Shown here in pieces: positions 27,272-40,564 of a DNA stretch of 64,000 nt. The notes under the pieces were generated by a model. That model was not told the origin of the DNA, did no database searches, and was given only the letters and a program-made list of their open reading frames with translations. Both the position numbers and the translations under genes were made by a program. The DNA comes from Octopus sinensis (Eukaryota): contig NC_043003.1 of assembly GCF_006345805.1 (NCBI RefSeq), forward strand, positions 26,846,001-26,910,000, in the 5' to 3' direction. Each line of letters starts with the position of its first letter. Positions within the stretch are counted from its first letter, which is position 1.

Positions 27272-27613
27272 TTCCTCGTCTTCTTCTTTCTCTTCTTCTT
27301 CTTCTTCTTCTTCTTCTTCTTCTTCTTCCTCGTCTTCTTCTTCTTTCTCTATTCCTCCTTCTTGTCTTTTTTGTTGTTGTTTCTGCTTTTCGCTTGTCTG
27401 TTATAGAATGTTTACCGTTATGTTAATAGCACTACCGCAAATACCTCCACCACCACAACTACCACAGAGTCCATAATCCTACTACCGCCACTACCACCAC
27501 GACTACCACCACCACAACCACATCCATCATCATCATCAACATCATCGTAATCGTCATGAGTCATAACAACCATCATCACTGTCGGCGTCGTCGCCATCGT
27601 CATCATCACCAAG

Positions 27614-27655
<42 letters not shown>

Positions 27656-28329
27656 TGTCCTACGTCATTGTCGTCCTCATCATTGTCCTACGTCATTGTC
27701 GTCCTCATCATCCTCATAGTCCACGTCATCATCGTCATTATCCTCGTCGTCATCATCATCGTCATCATCAACATTGTCATCATTACCTTCATCAATGTCA
27801 TCGTCGTCCGCCATCATCCCGCCACCGCCACCACCACCACCACCACAATCTCTTCACCACTCCCGGCTTTCAAAATGTTTTGATGTTTGTGTGTTTTCAT
27901 TGACCGTCGTCCATCAGTGACTTGCTTATGTTTTTTTTTTCATATTTTTATATTTTCTTTTCTTGCGATATCTCTATCGTACGTACATAACTTCACCTCG
28001 TCTTTCTCAATCTAAATGACCCTTGCTGGGAAACAGTGACACAACACACATGCACACACAGATGCAGAAACATATACATATACAAATATAATTGAATACA
28101 TACACACACAGACACACACTCACACACACACACACACACACACAACACACACACACACGCACACACACAACACACACACACACACACACACGCACACAAA
28201 CTCATATACGCACATATCAGCAGGTAAGTGTTCGGACATTTTCACTTAAGTACGTACGTAAATGCGTAAACGAATACTTATAAAATTAGATAAGTACCTA
28301 AGAATACGAGTTGTTCGAGTGGGGTTTGA

Positions 28330-28810
28330 ACTAAACTCGAACTAAACTCCGCTTATTTAGTTCAAACGTAAAATCTGTGCTTTTGTATGGCTTTGAAACA
28401 TGGAGAGCCACCTGCAGCAACTACAAGAAGATCCAGACCTTCATTAACAGATGTCTGCGGCAGATCCTCCATCTGAAGTGGTTCGACAGAGTGCCAAACA
28501 CCGACCTGTGGGAAAGGGCCAACCAGGAGCTCATACATGTTCAGATTAGACGAAAGAAATGGAGATGGATCGGGGACACACTGCGGAAAGAACCCTCAAA
28601 TGTGACATGATAAACACTTGACTGGAACCCGCAGGGGAAAAGGAAGCGAGGTTGCCCGAAGCAGACATGGAAGCGGAGCATTTTGGAAGAGCTCAGGACC
28701 ACTGGCCTGACATGGGAAGCAGCCAAGAAACACGCCAATGTCCGCAAAAAGTGGAAAAGAACTGGTGAGGCCCTATGCTCCACAGGGGACAAAAAGGATT
28801 AAGAAGACCT
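28330..28810 (+). mobile_element. RTE-clade LINE 3' fragment
   Basis: KSVLLYGFETW..IQTFINRCLRQILHLKW..IRRKKWRWIGDTLRK..DWNPQGKRKRGCPKQTW, with one in-frame stop. Confidence 0.88.
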
Positions 28811-29103
28811 AAGAATACTCACTATATGTGTGTATATGTCTATGTGAATATACATATATTAATAGTTATTGCCAAGCTAATATGGCAGTCCAGGAAAATA
28901 GGATGAATGCTGCCGTTGATTAGCTCCAAGAGGCCATCGCCTCTAGCTAGCTATGTGATACACAAATCTGTGTCCATTACAACCTTCGAACAGGGAAGGT
29001 CAGTAGCTTCCCCTTGCTTGTTCAACATCCACATACTAGTTTCGGGGTGATTTCCCCTTCTCAATGCAGAGTAGCCGAACCCAGCAGGCGTCGCTATATA
29101 TAT

Positions 29104-29790
29104 CAGGTCATCCCATAAGTTCTGTCCGAATTTTGAATAAAGAAAACAAGTGATCAAATGTTATATTTAATTGAAATTTAATCATCGTTGTACTTTCCTC
29201 GATTATCTATGACTTCCTTCCATCTATTTAGAAGCTTTTTAATCCCATCAATGTAAAACTCTTTTGGTTTCAAAGCGAGGAACTCGGAAATGTCAATTTC
29301 GACCTCCTCCTAGCTTGCGAAAGTTATGTCCCCTAAATGATTCTGTAAACTACGAAACAAATGGTAGTCTGAAGGAGCAATGTTGGGAGAATAAGGTGGA
29401 TGAAGAATTCTTTTCCCAACTAAGCTCTTCGATCTTCTGTGATGTGATCTTTGCAGTGTGGGGTCACGCATTGTCCTCATGAAACTAAAGCGATTCACTA
29501 AAGCGGGTCTTTTTTTCTTCAAAGCTAGGTTCAAACGCTCTAATTGCTGACAGTAGACTTGAGCATTGATTGTTATATTAGGTGGTAACAATTCAAAGCG
29601 AATTACTCCTTTGCAATCCCACCAGATAGAGAGAACCTTTTTCCAATGAAATTCCCCTGTCGGTTGTGGTTGATCTTTCTCCCTTTTACCAAGCCACTTT
29701 TTACTAGGTTTAACATTTCGATAGAAGATATATTTCTCGTCAACAGTCACAAGTCTATCCAAAAAGGGTGAAATGAGTTCCCTTCTCAAT
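29104..29790 (-). mobile_element. mariner (DD34D) transposase remnant with one TIR
   Basis: LVTVDEKYIFY..WWDCKGVIRFELLP..YCQQLERL..HPPYSPNIAPSDYHLFRSLQ. TIR TCAGGTCATCCCATAAGTTCTGTCCG next to TA at about 29102. Confidence 0.92.
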
Positions 29791-29967
29791 TATTAATTTA
29801 ATAGATAAATTGTTCATTTCCATGCTGACTACTAGATAATAATCATTAACGTGATTTCAATCCTTATTTTATGTTTATATCAGTCGCCATGATAGATCGG
29901 TAGCCACTACACAATTTTTTTTTCTCTCTTTGTTTCTCTCTTTGTTTCTTTCTGTGTTCCTTTCTGT

Positions 29968-30010
29968 GTTCCTTTCTGAGGAAGAGCGTAGGCTCGAAAC
30001 TTTAAAGACT
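29968..30010 (+). ncRNA. Minimal type-I hammerhead ribozyme motif (Penelope-type)
   Basis: CTTT-CTGAGGA-A-GAGC(GTAG)GCTC-GAAA-CTTT-AAAG. The cleavage triplet appears mutated relative to the 40441 copy. Confidence 0.6.
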
Positions 30011-30155
30011 TTTTCAGTTCCCGAGCGTTATGCTAATACATCTGTTTGTTTTCTACATCACCTATCTATATATATGTAAATATATATATGTAAATGGCGG
30101 TGCCCCAGCATGGCCACAGCTCGTGAGCTGAAACTAGATAAAATAAAATTAAAAA

Positions 30156-30188
<33 letters not shown>

Positions 30189-30392
30189 TGTATGTATGTA
30201 TGTTATGTATGTATATATATATACAATATTATATATATATTATATATATATAATATATATATATATAATATCTATATATATATATATAAGAATAGATCGT
30301 ATACAGAGTGGGTAGTAGATCGTATACGAGTGGGTATATATAAAGAAGTTTGAAAACGCCACTATATTAGATAAATTTTAATTTTCTTATGA

Positions 30393-30438
30393 ATTTTACA
30401 TGTTTCGGTTCTTGAAAAAATGAACCTTATCAAAAAAT
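30393..30438 (-). ncRNA. Hammerhead ribozyme motif, U3-A8 variant
   Basis: Reverse strand: TTT-TTGATAA-GGTTC..GAACC-GAAA-CATG-TA-AAA. Confidence 0.7.
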
Positions 30439-30678
30439 ATTATAAAAAGTGTAATGGAGACGAAAAGTGTAATGGGGAAGTTCATAATCGTTTCTTACTG
30501 TTCTCAATAGAATCCATGTACCATATGGATTCTATTGAGAACAGTAAGAAACGATTATGAACTTTTCAATTTTCACTTTGTATAATATTTTTGATAAGGT
30601 TCGTTTTTTCAAGAACATGGATTCTATTGAGACCAGTAAGAAACGATTATGAACTTTTCAATTTTCACTTTTTATAAT

Positions 30679-30722
30679 ATTTTTGATAAGGTTCGTTTTT
30701 TCAGAACCGAAACATGTAAAAT
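30679..30722 (+). ncRNA. Hammerhead ribozyme motif, U3-A8 variant
   Basis: ATTT-TTGATAA-GGTTC-(9 nt)-GAACC-GAAA-CATG-TA-AAAT, with palindromic stem III ACATGT and a GUA triplet. Confidence 0.72.
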
Positions 30723-30777
30723 TCATAAGAAAATTAAAATTTATCTAATATAGTGGCTGTTTTCAAACTTCTTTTTT

Positions 30778-30826
<49 letters not shown>

Positions 30827-30976
30827 ATATAAAGTTAATCAAACAAGAAAACAAAAAAGTCAACAACGCAAAAAGTGGAACAATTAAAGTATTATAAGGC
30901 GCTCAGGAAAAAAGGGAAGAAGGATATATATATAGGGTAAAACGTTAAGGAGTATATATATGCGTTACATAAATAA

Positions 30977-31229
30977 AAACGCGAAAAAGAATGGCGCTGC
31001 CTTAGGTCGTCACTGGTCACGTGATAGTGGGAGGAGGGTTACAGAGAAAGACAATTGAGAAAGAAAGGAAATGAAAAGAAGCAAAGTAACTCTTAATTTT
31101 CTCTCTCTCTCTCTGTCTCTGTCCTCTCTCTCTGTCTCTCTCTCTCTATCTCTATCTTTCTGTGTTACCCTCCTCCCACTATCACGTGACCAGTGACGGT
31201 CTAAGGCGGCGTCATTCTTTTTCGCGTTT
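30977..31229. repeat. Inverted repeat, about 75-bp arms
   Basis: 30977-31051 versus 31155-31229, including GTCACTGGTCACGTGATAGTGGGAGGAGGG and its reverse complement. Confidence 0.9.
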
Positions 31230-31378
31230 CCTTCGACCGTACTACACACGATTTTCTGAGCCCCTCGCTCTACCCGTCCCGTGTTTATAGTCCTTTAGGA
31301 CAGTTTTCATCCCCTCTTCGCGTTACCCATTTTTGTCTTGTCTTGCAGTCCCGAGGCTTTTTCGCTGTATATGTATTA

Positions 31379-31766
31379 TCTCTCTCTATATAAACGGCAG
31401 TTTGTCTGTGTGTGTGTCTGTGTGTCTGTCAGGTTGTACCCTCACCCTGACCACGGCTTTCAACCGATTCTGATGAAACTTGACACACACATAGCCCAAT
31501 GTCATAATTCAAAACTAACGGCAGCGAAAATTTTGAAAAGTTCCCCCAGTTCTGAAAAAGATCGATAAATTCGACATGGGGTCGACAATCAGAAACACAA
31601 ACCACAGACTGTCTAGGGGACGCAACTCGACCTTTTTAACTATCAAAAAAAAATTTACCATAATTTTTTTCCCCATTTTTTTGCTATTTTTTTATCTATA
31701 ACTCTCTAAAAATGCTTTATAGTTATTTCCCTTACAAACCCGAGCAACGCCGGGCGATACTGCTAG
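31379..31766 (+). mobile_element. Non-autonomous Helitron
   Basis: A|TC start, CCCGAGCAACGCCGGG subterminal hairpin, CTAG|T end and no TSD. The 3' end is shared with 56727-57113. Confidence 0.88.
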
Positions 31767-31856
31767 TCATTATTAATTGTTGTCTTCGTGTGGTCCTAAG
31801 CCTTTATTCTGTTTATTGTTTTGTCCCCCGTCCGTCCACCAAGGGTCTCGACTCTC

Positions 31857-31909
<53 letters not shown>

Positions 31910-31912
<3 letters not shown>

Positions 31913-32123
31913 TGTGATGCTAAAAATTTCTGGTTTTGGATAGAAGAAAATACAGGAGGATGAGTTATGATTTTATTCAACATATTCGCCTCTCAGATTC
32001 ACACACTTATTGAAGCGATCCTTCGGTTTTTCTAAGCCCTGTAAAAAGAACTCAGAAGGCTGGGCCTCCAACCAAGTTTTTTTGTGATGCCTTTAAAACC
32101 AGGTACTTTTCAGCACCCTCTTG
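31910..32123. mobile_element. mariner-type MITE
   Basis: Imperfect TIRs CGATGTGATGCTAAAAATTTCTGGTTT / AAACCAGGTACTTTTCAGCACCCTCTTG, flanked by TA. Confidence 0.7.
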
Positions 32124-32270
32124 TATCAAATGAACCCATAGCACAGCAGGAAATGTACAGTAATGTAGCTCTGTCCAGCTAAAACTCCATAAGTACTAAT
32201 GTCTACTCCCCAGCATGGTCACAAACTCTAACTGAGAAGGGCAATGGTAGAAGTGAATGTGGTGTGTATG

Positions 32271-32377
<107 letters not shown>

Positions 32378-32602
32378 ATAAAAAATGCGCCCTTTTAAAG
32401 CCTAGCCAGGCTCATGGGCTAGGTTTCCCGGTTTCAATGGCGTATGTCTTCCCTAGCCGGACGGGACGCCAGTCCATCGCAGCGTTACTCATTTTTGCCA
32501 GCTGAGTGGACTGGAGCAACGTGAAATGAAGTGTTTTGCTCAAGAACACAACGCTTCGTCCGGTCCAGGATCATGATGCTGACACCCTAACCACTAAGCC
32601 TC

Positions 32603-32638
<36 letters not shown>

Positions 32639-33378
32639 TACACATAAATGTACTTAGACACACTGACACATTTATATTCACATTCATAAATGCATGTATA
32701 CATATCAATGCAAATATAAATGTATCTATGTATATATAAATTATTGTAAAGGGCACTTATGATATCATCCTTATCTAATGCCCAGTGGCAAATAAAAGAA
32801 ACCAAGAAATCATCATCATTGTCGTCGTCGTCGTCATCGTCATCGTCGCCGTCGTCGTCACGGTCATCATCATTATCATCATCAGAGAATGAAATAGCTG
32901 ACGAGATAGATTAATAAGTTAAGAATATAATGACGCACCCGTCATTATATTATATTAACATATTAATAACACCGGCTCAAAGTAAAACATTGCACCAATT
33001 ATTGTCATCATCCCCTTCTTCCTCCTTTACTTCATCATCGCATCGTAATTATCATTATTAGTACTAATTTCGTGGGGCTTTCATCTTCCTTCTGTAAAAT
33101 AGTTGGCTATGTAACCTTTCGTAGGCGGGGGAACCGTACCGCGAGACATCTTATTACACGCCCACCTCAATAACTGAAAATGAATTATTGTTGATGAGGG
33201 AGAATTGCTAAAAATATTAAAATTATTAATTAAACAACCCTCGTTTCAAACACAATCTAAGGCTTTTCTTTAGGTTTAGTAATCACACCTAGTATATGCA
33301 TTCACGGGCGAGTAAAATATATTTAATGCAAACAGTGCAATTTGTTTGTTCTTTCTTCGTACACATAAATGCACATAT

Positions 33379-33478
33379 NNNNNNNNNNNNNNNNNNNNNN
33401 NNNNNNNNNNNNNNNNNNNNNNNNNNNNNNNNNNNNNNNNNNNNNNNNNNNNNNNNNNNNNNNNNNNNNNNNNNNNNN
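33379..33478. other. Assembly gap (100 N)
   Basis: Run of N. Confidence 1.
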
Positions 33479-33515
33479 TTTTGCCCGACGTGGAAACTAC
33501 TCTACAGCTCACTGC

Positions 33516-33566
<51 letters not shown>

Positions 33567-33571
33567 TATTG

Positions 33572-34038
33572 TTATAAAAGATGGACTACAGCAAAAATTC
33601 TGCTCAATACCACAGATTTGCTTGTCAGTTGTTTGACCTTAACCAGTTGAGCATGTCCCTTAGTGGCTGACAATATGTGCATCTCTGATCACGTGCGGAA
33701 GTAGTAGGGGAGCATCATAGCCATGTGTTGAGAGGGATTCTATGGAGTTTGAATAATTCACCTATGGAAACATAGGTGTTTCATTTAACATCCTTAAACA
33801 ACCCTTAATCAAGAACCTTTTCAGCGGGATAGGTTACTCGACCAGAAGAAAATTCTAACTGGGCCCCACCTGCAAGGTCATGCGCTGTTTATCTTGATAT
33901 GAGATCACCATGTCGCGCACATATGGTTGTGATGCATGTGCCTGGTGTACCCTTATCAGACGGGTAGTCATGATGGGTATACTGGGCTTCGTATATTTTA
34001 CCCGTGTCACTTTGATGGCAAGCACTGCTCTCTCACTC
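33572..34038 (-). mobile_element. Unclassified TAA-associated repeat, second copy
   Basis: Reverse-complement homolog of 21465-22018, with (TAA)n on both sides. Confidence 0.72.
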
Positions 34039-34133
<95 letters not shown>

Positions 34134-34134
<1 letters not shown>

Positions 34135-34774
34135 CAGTGGAGTATAAATTAAGACATGACAGAGTTGGGTAATAAGTCAGCATTACAATATCAAAACTGC
34201 CGACAAGTGGTATAATCACCACCCTGAAGCTGTAACTGAAGGAGAAAATGTAACGATTATGTGGGACTTTCTAGTACATACAGACCGAACCATCAAAGCC
34301 AATAAACCGGATATTGTTGTGAAAGACCAAAACAATAAAGTTTGCTTATTGATCGACATGAGCATCCCCTGTAATCATAATATCTCGGCGAAAGAGTTTG
34401 ACAAGCTCAGAAAATATAAAGACCTGCTCATTGAAATTGAGAAAATGTGGCATCTCAAGGTCGGTTAAATCGTAGGAGCACTGGGAATGATCAAGAAGGG
34501 AACCGAAAATTTTATGAGAATGATCCCTGGCTTACCATCCCTGCAAGAGTGCAAAAGATTGTCTTAAATGGTACATCACACGTATTGAGAAGAGCATTGT
34601 CGATGTGAGAACTATTACTACCCATGTATTTTAATTAACTTAAAAAAAATAAAGAACGAACTAGTGAGTTTAGTTTAATGGCCTACCAATGTATACTATG
34701 AGTTTCTTTGCCCTAGGAGTCGGGAAGACCCTCGGCAAGAAATGGAAGCAAATTTGAAAGAAGAAAAAAAAGAC
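34134..34774 (+). mobile_element. R4/Dong-like retrotransposon, second family, 3' fragment
   Basis: LRHDRVG..IMWDFLVHTDRTIKANKPDIVVKD..LLIDMSIP..KLRKYKDLLIEIEKMW..IVGALG..LRRALSM*, with (TAA)n on both sides. Confidence 0.9.
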
Positions 34775-34830
<56 letters not shown>

Positions 34831-35115
34831 TAATAATAATAATAATGATGATGATGATTTCTCTTTAGCCATTTGGCCCTCCAATATAATAGAAAGAAAC
34901 AGAATGATTTGCAGAAAGTATGTGTGTATGCGTGTGTGTGTGTATGTGTGTGTGGTGTGTGGTGGTGTGTGTGTGTGTATCCGCTTACATATTGACGTAC
35001 ATATAGACGTACATACATACATGTACAAACATATACATTCATATAAAAACACATACACATGTTCATACAAATATACATTTATAAACAGATATAGTTATGT
35101 ATGTATGTATGTATG

Positions 35116-35149
<34 letters not shown>

Positions 35150-36918
35150 TGTATGTATGTATGTATGTATGTATGTATGTATGTATGTTGTATGTACGTA
35201 CGTATGTATGTATTATGCATGTATGTATGTATGTATGTATGTATGTATGTATGTATGTATGTATGTATGTATGTACGTACGTACGTACGTATGTATGTGT
35301 GTGATGGTGGTCTCTTGTATGAGAAAGAAGTTTCTGCAATTGCTTGCTGAACAACCTGCACAAATAATTTGATTATAGTGACCAAATGTATGTCCTGTAC
35401 GTTAGCACCTGCCCTTCATTAAATCGACGTTGCCTGATCAGGTGCACAGTGTATCACGCTTCCGTTATCGAAGTGATCGCAGAGCAACATGAGGTGAACA
35501 CAACGCACCGCCCGCTTCAGGAATTGAAACCACCATCATGCGATCTGGTAAGTGCAATCCCTTAACCAGTAAGCCTTGTACTCTCACATGTATATGTGTA
35601 AAGGGTAAAAGAGTAAAGACCCCCCCCCACTTCGGTCATGAACGATCATGGGATTGCATCTAGAAAGTTCCCCTCCGAGGCACAAGTCCGGGCAAGGTTG
35701 TTTATAGAAAACCAGCCTTCCCTCTCCATGCCACCGATGTTATCTGAGAGAAAAGCAAAGGCCAATACAGCTTGGCACCAGTGATGTCACAACTCATTTT
35801 TACAGCTGAGTGAATTGGAGTAACGTGAAATAAGGTGTCTTTTTCAAGAACACAACACACAGCCCGGTCCGTGAAACGAACTCGCTACCCCATGGTCGTA
35901 AGCCCGATTCTCTAACCACTGAGTCATGCACCATCACCGCTTATACGTATCTATAAATGAGTGTGTGCATTCCATGTCTATGTGTAAGCGCGATTGTGTA
36001 AGTGTGTGTGCGCGTGTGAAGATAAAGGTTAACCTCGATGCGGTTCAAACACGATGCACTTCCACATCTCAATTTTCCTCCAAAATATGTGGACCATGCT
36101 TGTGCTTTGAAACAGTTTCGATAGATTGCCATTTATCTGATCTACCCTTTATATCAGGGGTTGACAAACCCGAGTAAACGAAATTCTTGTGTATATGAGG
36201 ACTCATTAAACATAAGCAAAATCATATATAAAAAAAAAACGTGTTCTTTGTTACGACAGAAATTTTTCTGGCATGTGGTAGGTTGTTGCAAAAGGCAGCA
36301 ACTTTTGATTACCTTTTGCAACAACTTACCTTTGCAAACAAGGATTTTCCACTCTAATGAACATAAAAACAAAGCAGAGTAATCGATTGGCCCCCGAAGA
36401 CTGTATCCAAATTGCTCTGGCATAAAAATAACACCAATTTGATGTGATTGTAACAAAAATGAAACATCATTTCTCCAAAACCTGAAGTGAAAATCTTTCT
36501 AGAAAAATCCTTTTGTTTCTTAATGAAGATATTAATTAATTTTATCGCATTTATTTTATAGTTTTTATATTTATAATTGTATTCTCCATAAAAATAGATT
36601 CCATAAGCCTTTTGAATTCAAAGACCCTATGATTTTCTTCTTTTCAAGTCAAGGGGATAACATCGGCATAAATAAATATATTTTGGGGAAATTGATTAAA
36701 AAATTAGATGGTACTGTATGTTGAAATGATACAACCTTTAAAAACGAATCAGGATCAAAACCCTAAGGAGAGCTTTCGATTGATCCAAATTGATCAAGGC
36801 CCCACAGAAAACATAATTATTACACATACGTTCAACGATGAATCACATGACATTGGGGTTTCTCATGAATAGATCTGCTCCGGAGTCGCACATGCTTGTG
36901 ACTTCCCGAACACCTTAC

Positions 36919-36984
36919 CTACGACAATAAATCTGTGGTAGCGAGGATCCAGATGAGTTTTGAATGATACTGGGAAGTCTTGAG
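36919..36984 (-). CDS. Candidate 66-nt symmetrical (phase 1-1) exon of an unidentified gene
   Basis: Minus strand reads GCTTCTATCCACGTAG|CTCAAGAC...GTCGTAG|GTAAGG, with open frame xQDFPVSFKTHLDPRYHRFIVV in a non-repetitive island. Confidence 0.45.
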   Translation of the reverse strand, partial: LKTSQYHSKLIWILATTDLLS

Positions 36985-37111
36985 CTACGTGGATAGAAGC
37001 AGCTTGGCAAATAATACGATGCCTTTTATGGTCGGGAAATGGATGGGTGGATGAGTGGATGGATAAATAAATAGATAAGAAGGTAGGTAGGTAGGTAGGT
37101 AGGTAGGTAGG

Positions 37112-37195
<84 letters not shown>

Positions 37196-37422
37196 CAGAT
37201 AGACAGACAGACACACACACACACACAGGCAAAAAGACAGGCAGGCAGACAGATAGACAGATAGGAAGGGAGGAAGGAAAGCAGGAAGGAAGGAAAGAAG
37301 AAAGAAAGAAAGAAAGAAAAGAAAAAAAGAAAGAAAGAAAGAAAGATGTGTACATTAAACGTATACACAAATAAATGGTGAGACAAGAAAGAAGGCCGGC
37401 AGGTATGGATGTCGGAAGGGAA

Positions 37423-37479
<57 letters not shown>

Positions 37480-37988
37480 TATATAATATATATATATCTA
37501 TACTTATATATATATAATATATATATATATACATATTATATATATACATAGTATATATAATGCATATATATATATGTATATATGTATGCATGTAGTACTT
37601 ATATATATATAATATATATATATTGTGAAAATGGTCCGTAAAAACATCAAAGTCAATGAGAGGAAATGAGATGAAGGAGTTTCTTGAATTTATTCTGGGA
37701 ATAAAGGACCAGCAGGAAGGGATCGCATGAGAAAAGAACAAAACGGTGGGGTTTTCTTGTGAAAGTAGTCAGGTTTAGTGTTGTATCATTTCTATATTTA
37801 GATACATACATATATACATACATACAAACATACATATGTACATACACTCACAGACATGTATGCATGAATTCATACGTATATACATAAATACATACATACA
37901 GATATATATATGTATATATATATATATATATATTATATATGTTATATATATATATATATATATATATCTATATTATATATATACTATA

Positions 37989-38059
<71 letters not shown>

Positions 38060-38663
38060 CATATATTAAATACAAATATATGCGTATATAACAAATTCAC
38101 ACACTCTAAATATTAGAGGTCCTTTGACTACGTTATTGATTGTATTTTCAATGTTTATGTGTCCGCATGCGCGTGCGTATACATACACATGTTCCTATAT
38201 GGATGCAAATGTATATACACACACAGCCATACATACGTATATGCATGTGTATCTAAGTATATATTATGTATATATTATTATATGGGTGTGTGGTAAGTAG
38301 CTTGCTTACCAACCACATGGGTCCGGGTTCAGTCCCACTGCGTGGCATCTTGGCTTCTACTATAGTCTCGAGCCGACCAAAGCCTTGTGAGTGGACTTGG
38401 TAGACGGAAACTGAAAGAAGCCCGTCGTATAAATAGATATTGTTTGTGTGTGTGTCTGTGCATGTATGTTTGTCCCCCACCATCGCTTGACAACCGATGC
38501 TGGTGTGTTTACGTCCCCATAACTTAACGGTTCGGCAAAAAAACACCGATAGAATAAGTATTAGGCTTACAAAGAATAAGTCCTGGAGTCGATTTGCTCG
38601 ACTAAAGGCGGTGCTCCAGCATGGCCGCAGTCAAATAACTGAAACAAATAAAAGAATAAAAGT

Positions 38664-38697
<34 letters not shown>

Positions 38698-40037
38698 ACT
38701 GTATTTGGCCAAAGCGGATTTTTAGCCCAGCATTCGCTTGTCTTATCACTAGAGAATAAGGACGCTAATGGTCAAGTTAAGCTGTTAAAACCACGTGTGT
38801 GTATAAGCCCTTAGTATAGGTGTCTTTATTTGTGATATTTCGTGGATGACCAGCCGATTGTTGAAAGTGTACTAGGGCCACTGCACTGTCCAAATTATCC
38901 GATTATATCTGGACCATGGATCATATAGACGTGTATATTGTAATAAACAAACATTCGTTTTTTTTATGTATGCATGTATGTATGTATATATGTATGTATG
39001 TATGTATGTATGTGTGTGAATATATGTATGCGTGTGAATGGTGTGTATGTATGTATGTATGTATGTAAGTATGTATGTATGTATGTATGTACGTACGTAC
39101 GTATGTATGTATGTATGTATGTATGTGAATATATGTATGCATGTGAATATATGTATGTATGTATGTAAGTATGTATGTATGTATGTATGTATGTACGTAT
39201 GTATGTACGTACGTACGTACGTATGTATGTATGCATGTATGTATGTATATATGTATGTACGTATGTGTGTGAATATATGTATGCGTGTGAATGTATGTAT
39301 GTATGTATGTATGTATGTATGTATGTATGTATGTATGTATGTATGTATCGTTTTCGAAAGGATAAAAGGCAAAGCTGACCTCGGTGGAATTTGAACTCGG
39401 CATTCCTTTTAAGAAATTATGATCGTTGTAGCTTACGATTTCAATATCATATCATAGCCTTTTGATCTTTATTCAGAAACAAACAACATCTCACCACATT
39501 CACTTTGTTCAGTTTTTGGATTGGGTTGCCTATGTTCGGTCCACTGCTGGACAAAAGGTTTCAGCATAGTCTCTCTCCACCAACCACGGTCCGATGTGTA
39601 AGGCCGTGAATTTGAGCTTGAGATCATAACTGGTTTGATGAGTCTACTCCGCCACACTAGTTCGACATGACTTGGCAGAAGGGTGGAGTTTTTACATTCT
39701 TACTCAGGTGCAGTTAAGTCGATCATATTGATCCCAGTTCTCAACTGGTACTTATGTCATAGACCCCGAAAAGATGAAAGACAAAGTCGGCCTCGGTGCT
39801 ATTTGAATTTAGAACGTAAGGTCGGACGAAGTACCTTTGAATGTTTCGCGTACGAACTATGTTTCGGCGTACGAACTATTCTGCCAGCTGTCGTTCAGTG
39901 TGAATATATGCGTATGTATGTATGTATGTATGTATGTATGTATGTATGTATGTATGTATGTCAAAATGTGACCACGTGTGTACCGTTGACGATTTTTCCC
40001 CTCCGTCTTCCCTTCTCTGGATCTTTCCTTTTCCTAT

Positions 40038-40072
40038 GTTTCTGACGAAGAGCTCCGCTCGAAACGTTAAAC
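40038..40072 (+). ncRNA. Minimal type-I hammerhead ribozyme motif (Penelope-type)
   Basis: GTTT-CTGACGA-A-GAGC(TCC)GCTC-GAAA-CGTT-AAAC, with palindromic AACGTT stem III. Confidence 0.75.
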
Positions 40073-40239
40073 CCTCCTTCTTCCCTTCCTTATTGAGCGT
40101 CCAATAATACTATATTTGTTCCACGTCCTCGCATTATTGAGTTTTCCTTTGTGTTTTCATGTTTGGATTAACTATAGAATATCTACAAACACACACACCA
40201 CACACATATATATATATATATTATATATATATTAATAAG

Positions 40240-40272
<33 letters not shown>

Positions 40273-40440
40273 ATATTATATATATATATACGCACACACA
40301 CGCACACACATACACACACATATATGTGTGTGCATGAGTGTGTGTGTGTGTGTTGTCTGTGGTTGTGTGTGTCCAGCCAGCCGCCATGATTGACCGCTAG
40401 CTCCAAAATTTTTGGATTCTCTCTCTGTTTATTTCGTCGT

Positions 40441-40481
40441 GTCCTTTCTGTTGAAGAGCGTAGGCTCGAAACGTAAAATAC
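40441..40481 (+). ncRNA. Minimal hammerhead motif, CUGUUGA variant
   Basis: TTT-CTGTTGA-A-GAGC(GTAG)GCTC-GAAA-CG-TA-AAA. The element ends at (TA)n near 40568. Confidence 0.65.
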
Positions 40482-40564
40482 TTTTCATCCTCTCGAGCGT
40501 TAAACTAATATACCTGGTTGTTGTTTATACATTGTCTTCGTCTTTTGTTTTTGCTGTAAATTTC

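Larger units (their letters stand above)
30343..30775. mobile_element. TA-embedded fold-back element with inverted and tandem repeats (Penelope pLTR-like)
   Basis: 30343-30517 is inverted relative to 30616-30775. An extra partial direct unit lies at 30525-30617. A hammerhead motif is present on each strand. Confidence 0.8.

Noticed and set aside
27020-27903. Poly-Ser/His/Leu ORFs
   Set aside because: They arise from trinucleotide repeats (TTG, TTC, CAT, CAC), with no convincing splice context.
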